64,000 bases of DNA, taken from positions 992,001 to 1,056,000 of the forward strand of contig OZ252287.1 of assembly GCA_965250085.1 (NCBI GenBank), read 5' to 3'. This stretch comes from Candidatus Altimarinota bacterium (GTDB taxonomy: Bacteria > Patescibacteriota > Gracilibacteria > CAIRYL01). The stretch's first letter is position 1; the number at the start of each line of letters is the position of its first letter. The notes below the pieces were generated by a model, which was given only the letters and a program-made list of their open reading frames with translations, searched no databases and was not told where the DNA came from. Shown piece after piece: positions 60,901-64,000 of the stretch. A program made the translations under genes and the position numbers.

Positions 60901-61885
60901 CTTCCCGTGCATGCTCTCTGAAATACTCTTTATCGGTTTTCATATATTCCACAACTTCTCTTCCAGTTAGTTCTTTCCACTTGTTGAACTGCTGTTTTCC
61001 AGTTTTTAAATCATATATTTTTCCTATTCTTTTTAGATATCCTAGTATCGTTAACTCCTCTCCATTTGCCAGTTGAAACGGATTTCTCATATATGTAACT
61101 ACCTTCCCTCCATTTGCCTTCGCACAGGCTTCATAATCTTCCCGTGCATGCTCTCTGAAATACTCTTTATCGGTTTTCATATATTCTACAACCTCCGCTA
61201 GCTCTTTCCACATCTTGAATTTTTCTTTCCAAGAAGCAAGACCATATGCCTTCCCTATTCTGATTAGATATCCTGCCACACCAAGAGACTCTCCATTTGC
61301 CAGTTGAAATGGATTTTTCACAGATCCAACTACCTTTCCTCCATTTGCCTTGGCACAAGCTTCATAATCTTCCCGTGCGTGCTCTCTGAAATACTCTTCG
61401 TCGGTTTCCATGTGCTCTACGACTTCCAATCCCGACAATTCCTTCCACTTCTTAAGGCGTTCTGCCGTCGTAGTCTCTCCAAACATTTTTCCTATGCGCC
61501 CAAGATATCCTGAAAAACGAAGAGATTCTCCATTTGCCAGTTGAAATGGATTTTTCATATGTGAAACCACCTTCCCTCCATTTGCCTTCGCACAGGCTTC
61601 ATAGTCCTGCTTTGCGTACTTTTCAAAATACAGCCGCGTTGTCTGTACCCCTTCAATATCTTTATCAAAAAGGATCCTCAGGTCATTCCTCAGCCGATCA
61701 ATATCTGATTCGAGCCCTTGTCCATTTGTTTTTTCTACATCAGAGAGAGCATTTTCTATTTGCTGTTTACTGGATTGGCTCATCTGTTCTATATCGCTTA
61801 CTTTCAATCTTTCGAGAGAATCAATTACATCTGTTCCCGATGTTATAAGTGCTTGCCGGAGATTGTCAGGTATCTCAATACCCAT
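57956..61885 (-). CDS. SNF2-family (SF2) ATPase with N-terminal tandem repeat array and Ig-like domain
   Basis: GIILANEPGLGKT (I), SPNSVVTTW (Ia), DEAH (II), TATP (III), KILLFC (IV), AGSMGVTFTAA (V), QAEDRAHRI (VI). Confidence 0.88.
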   Translation of the reverse strand: MGIEIPDNLRQALITSGTDVIDSLERLKVSDIEQMSQSSKQQIENALSDVEKTNGQGLESDIDRLRNDLRILFDKDIEGVQTTRLYFEKYAKQDYEACAKANGGKVVSHMKNPFQLANGESLRFSGYLGRIGKMFGETTTAERLKKWKELSGLEVVEHMETDEEYFREHAREDYEACAKANGGKVVGSVKNPFQLANGESLGVAGYLIRIGKAYGLASWKEKFKMWKELAEVVEYMKTDKEYFREHAREDYEACAKANGGKVVTYMRNPFQLANGEELTILGYLKRIGKIYDLKTGKQQFNKWKELTGREVVEYMKTDKEYFREHAREDYEACAKANGGKVVTSRKNLFQLANGESITPDTYLRRIGRVFGIASWKEQFKMWKELAEVVEYRETDEEYFREHAREDYEACAKANVGKVSTYIRNPFQLANGESLSVAGYLWRIGKVFGIDGKAEQLKKWRALAGHDVESLEDQKSEELAEYALEDAIAALQHDPLKLKMYIQMAHPELSEEEIDQLVITSFRGFRGPRGISREEKYLSEYELLLPEASLSRIPEQTGENTVTVSGHAPEASHIYISGCWNRRVNVTDDGTFEVTVPLRHGKLNDIKVMGIDITSHTRSEQSLLQITKTAIHDEVKMLIAMIDQMSQKALDDLRQDPQRTEILAQFTEQILIKQFAASFAAGEAYVTQLIAESATPLVRKILKRALNNFRSIQASKIPSLKEGTELYFFQKYCVVKIRQKIKEAVPGIILANEPGLGKTVVALASTADEENVIISPNSVVTTWMEENHKFFEDAQMLILHNISSIARKKLLRHSQRPDRTITNIEFLRQIEDSERFELLSGSGDGVIIYDEAHSRKNTDSKQSQGSKKLQGRFSLLMTATPFKNPTEFRRMMHALFPEKKEYQSDTAFEAVFPFHDPKALRALSILKEQHVIRFRKQDVLSTIDPSQPLSQQHNCLPLKTYISSEEAGKFVMTDEQAESIYEMFLHWDQWCQKYGKYIPDDEVNKVDGLRKNRKRGVNTGSLFAKKHALRQSINNMDYIGAHDDTPKDAEVARIIEYAWREKRKILLFCRYEAQAEKYARLFAHLRPAKYTGMTSKKNLIRNARGKPQLFQTHNDGSWKIGDNGHPVVGTEGRPMAHLDYERIRFQNDPDCRLLIATYSAGSMGVTFTAAKAVVFDDLPEDYVEQYQAEDRAHRIDSDHFTHHDVQYFSLISQYPEQFLQKMKKRWIRKVEGGAYEEERNAARAKKEDLPTAYEMFFEQGTYDEVHGKNLQTQKQMFHLINDGIADETILHDADIAFRGLSKEFAGANEE
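60490..61635 (-). repeat. Five intragenic tandem repeats with alternating 237/231-bp period
   Basis: CCATTTGCCAGTTGAAA recurs at 60594, 60825, 61062, 61293 and 61530. Confidence 0.95.
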
Positions 61886-61906
61886 TGTGTGGATTATAAG
61901 TTTGGC

Positions 61907-61935
61907 AAAATATCATGAAAAAAGCTATACGTCAA
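61907..61935 (-). promoter_or_regulatory. Possible sigma-70 promoter of the SNF2 gene
   Basis: TTGACG-17 nt-TATTTT. Confidence 0.45.
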
Positions 61936-61960
61936 GCTTAGAGCTTTCAGGTAACACTTT

Positions 61961-62536
61961 TTACTGTTGTAATCTTTCAATAATTTTTATTTCTTCCAGC
62001 CTTTTCTCCACTTCCTGAGACACCAGTCCTGAAATATCTTCTCCGTTTCGTATTTTTTCCCGGACCTCAGTTGCCGAGATATTGAGGCGTTTTTCCAGTT
62101 CATAGACTTTTATTTCCCCGTTTGAAAAAGCCTCTCGAAAGAGCTTCATTACAAGTTCGGATCCAGAAAAAATAGCGTCAAACTTTGGGCACAGCTTCAC
62201 CACATGATGTGGCCATTCAGAGTAATTATTAATATCACGAATAGGAATAATCCAAAATTTTGTATCTCCTTCTTTCTCCCCTGCCAGGGGGGAGGTTTTT
62301 AAATCCCCCTCTAATCCCCCTTTGCAAAAGGGGGAAGATCTCAAGGCAAGGTCAATGAGTTCTGCGCGTTCTCCAGCGGTGAGGGGATTATCAGGTTCAT
62401 CATGATTTTCAGCACTGCCAATGCCAATAATAATCTCTGAGTATCCATCAGAATGCTCCAAAACTTGCTTCACAGCATCGAGATGTCCATTGTGAAATGG
62501 TTGAAATCGTCCGATAAAAAGTGCTCGTTTGGTCAT
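61961..62536 (-). CDS. Nicotinamide-nucleotide adenylyltransferase (NadM-like)
   Basis: FIGRFQPFHNGH, IGIGSA, NPLTAGER, ISATEVRE. Confidence 0.9.
   Translation of the reverse strand: MTKRALFIGRFQPFHNGHLDAVKQVLEHSDGYSEIIIGIGSAENHDEPDNPLTAGERAELIDLALRSSPFCKGGLEGDLKTSPLAGEKEGDTKFWIIPIRDINNYSEWPHHVVKLCPKFDAIFSGSELVMKLFREAFSNGEIKVYELEKRLNISATEVREKIRNGEDISGLVSQEVEKRLEEIKIIERLQQ
62264..62340. repeat. Two CCCC..GGGG palindromic repeats in frame within the NadM-like gene
   Basis: CTCCCCTGCCAGGGGGGAG and AAATCCCCCTCTAATCCCCCTTTGCAAAAGGGGGAA, same family as 57014-57097. Confidence 0.8.
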
Positions 62537-62543
62537 AGATCAT

Positions 62544-62590
62544 CAATTTTCAATGTACAATGTACAATGTACAATTCAGAATTACAATTT
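62544..62590. repeat. Heptamer tandem repeat (CAATGTA x3 plus degenerate flanks)
   Basis: CAATTTT CAATGTA CAATGTA CAATGTA CAATTCA. Confidence 0.75.
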
Positions 62591-62598
62591 TCCGAAAT

Positions 62599-63447
62599 AT
62601 GCAAATTCAAAAAGCACTTACATGGGCAAAAAGAAAGCTTGCAGAAGTAGAAACGCCATCTCTTGATGCAGAGATTCTACTCACTCATATTTTGGACTCC
62701 TCTCGAGAATATCTCATCATCCATGCGAATGATGAACTTTCTGATAAGCAACAAGAAGAGTTTCAAAACCTAATACAAAGAAGGAAGGATCATGAGCCAA
62801 TTTCACATATCGTAGGATACAAAGAATTTTTTGATTTCCAATTTTTCATCAATAAGCATGTACTCACTCCTCGTCCAGAAACGGAAATTATGGTAGAAAA
62901 AACACTCGAATTTTTGAAAGACAAAAACGGCTCAACTATAGTTGATATGGGTACTGGAAGTGGGAATATTGCGATCGCACTTGCCAAGTATTTAGGACCT
63001 CAGCATACAATATATGCAATTGAGATTTCTTCTCAAGCACTTGAAGTTGCTCAGAAAAACGCAGTAAGCCTACAGGCTCGTGAGATACATTTCGTCCATT
63101 CCAATCTCTTTCAAAATTTTTCCATTTCCTCAAATCATACTTCCCCCTTGGTCATAGTAGCGAATCTCCCCTATATACCAAAAGGAAACACGTTGATGCC
63201 AGAAGTACAGAAATATGATCCGCATGAAGCACTTTTTGCAGGAGAAGATGGACTTAATATCTATCGTGCATTTTTTGCAGAACTACAGGAACAATTTTCA
63301 AGTCCTAATTTTTGTATTTTTGAATTTCATCCACCTCAACGAAAAATTCTCCAGAAAATGCTGCAAAAAATATTCTCAAGACATACCATAAAATTTCTTC
63401 CAGATTTAAGAAAAAATACACGTTTTTGTATACTACAGAATGTTTGA
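62599..63447 (+). CDS. prmC: Release factor glutamine methyltransferase
   Basis: LDAEILL, EPISHIVG, VLTPRPETE, DMGTGSG, ANLPYI, ALFAGEDGL. Confidence 0.95.
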   Translation: MQIQKALTWAKRKLAEVETPSLDAEILLTHILDSSREYLIIHANDELSDKQQEEFQNLIQRRKDHEPISHIVGYKEFFDFQFFINKHVLTPRPETEIMVEKTLEFLKDKNGSTIVDMGTGSGNIAIALAKYLGPQHTIYAIEISSQALEVAQKNAVSLQAREIHFVHSNLFQNFSISSNHTSPLVIVANLPYIPKGNTLMPEVQKYDPHEALFAGEDGLNIYRAFFAELQEQFSSPNFCIFEFHPPQRKILQKMLQKIFSRHTIKFLPDLRKNTRFCILQNV

Positions 63448-63550
63448 CAAAAACTGAATATATCGCTTAACACAGCCAAAACTATTGAAAAAGAAGGAAA
63501 AATATGAGAGAATGAAAGGAATATCCTTCTCTCTACAAAAATAAATATAT

Positions 63551-64000
63551 ATGAATAGAATTGCCTTCATTCTCTCGCACAAATATACAAAAATTCTCGG
63601 ACTCTTGCTTTTGGGAAGTTTGGCAGCGGGACTTGTGATGCTTATAAGCTCTTCAAATGATCTTTTGGCAGGTATCTTGCCTCCTGATTGGAATACTCCT
63701 TTTGAAAAAGTGAGGGAATTTATTGAAGTTCCGGAGGGGAACGCAGTAGATAAGATCAGAAATTTATTTTGGGATAATATCGTTCCCATCTTTAAGTACG
63801 TTATGGTAGCGGCAGCAATCCTTTTTTACACACTGTACCTCTATCAAATGGTCGTATCATCAGGAGATGAAGAAGGAATCAGTAAATCGTATAAAAATCT
63901 CCTTTGGGGAATACTTGGCTTTGCTGTTATTGCTGTAGCAATTGATGTTGCTGAAGGATTTGACGTGTGGGTCAATGGCGGAGATTTCGTCAATAGAGAT
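63551..64000 (+). CDS. TrbC/VirB2-like pilin-domain membrane protein, 3'-partial
   Basis: Open frame from ATG 63551 to the window end (absent from the ORF track): two TM helices around ..YQMVVSSGDEEGISKSYKNLLWGILGFAVI. Confidence 0.65.
   Translation, partial: MNRIAFILSHKYTKILGLLLLGSLAAGLVMLISSSNDLLAGILPPDWNTPFEKVREFIEVPEGNAVDKIRNLFWDNIVPIFKYVMVAAAILFYTLYLYQMVVSSGDEEGISKSYKNLLWGILGFAVIAVAIDVAEGFDVWVNGGDFVNRD

Noticed and set aside
60490-61635. CRISPR array or DGR template/variable repeat
   Set aside because: Units are 231-237 bp, in frame and protein-coding; no cas genes, reverse transcriptase or non-coding template copy in the window
63433-63789. 118-aa minus-strand ORF
   Set aside because: Antisense to the more plausible pilin-like plus-strand gene starting at 63551

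Overview
AT-rich, gene-dense bacterial chromosome segment using the standard genetic code (TGA is a stop). Gene content and style suggest a Patescibacteria/CPR organism, probably Peregrinibacteria-like (inference): scrambled housekeeping genes (uppP, ruvC, ruvX, folD, tmk, prfA, uvrA, leuS, lspA, murA, glyA, recX, dcd, purF/purA/purB, sufCBDS, ftsL-rsmH, tsaC, queA, rplY, rplA, nadM-like, prmC), large surface proteins (SLH, alpha-2-macroglobulin-like, pilin-like) and five tRNAs, including an Arg-GCG. The most striking feature is a 1309-aa SNF2-type ATPase (57956-61885) with five tandem 77/79-aa repeats. The repeats have a near-identical scaffold and discrete hypervariable patches, making them a candidate modular nucleic-acid recognition array fused to a motor. 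Other highlights: a MurL-like gene bracketed by three copies of a co-varying hairpin motif beside tRNA-Gly; palindromic repeats sitting in frame inside leuS and the NMN adenylyltransferase gene; a palindromic element at tRNA 3' ends; an orphan PemK/MazF toxin inside the suf operon; a divergent macro domain; a Kazal domain in an SLH protein; a two-domain peptidoglycan hydrolase; and a DnaA-box array in place of mraZ. No CRISPR array, rRNA, integrase or intact transposase was seen. All product calls come from motif recognition by eye, not database searches.
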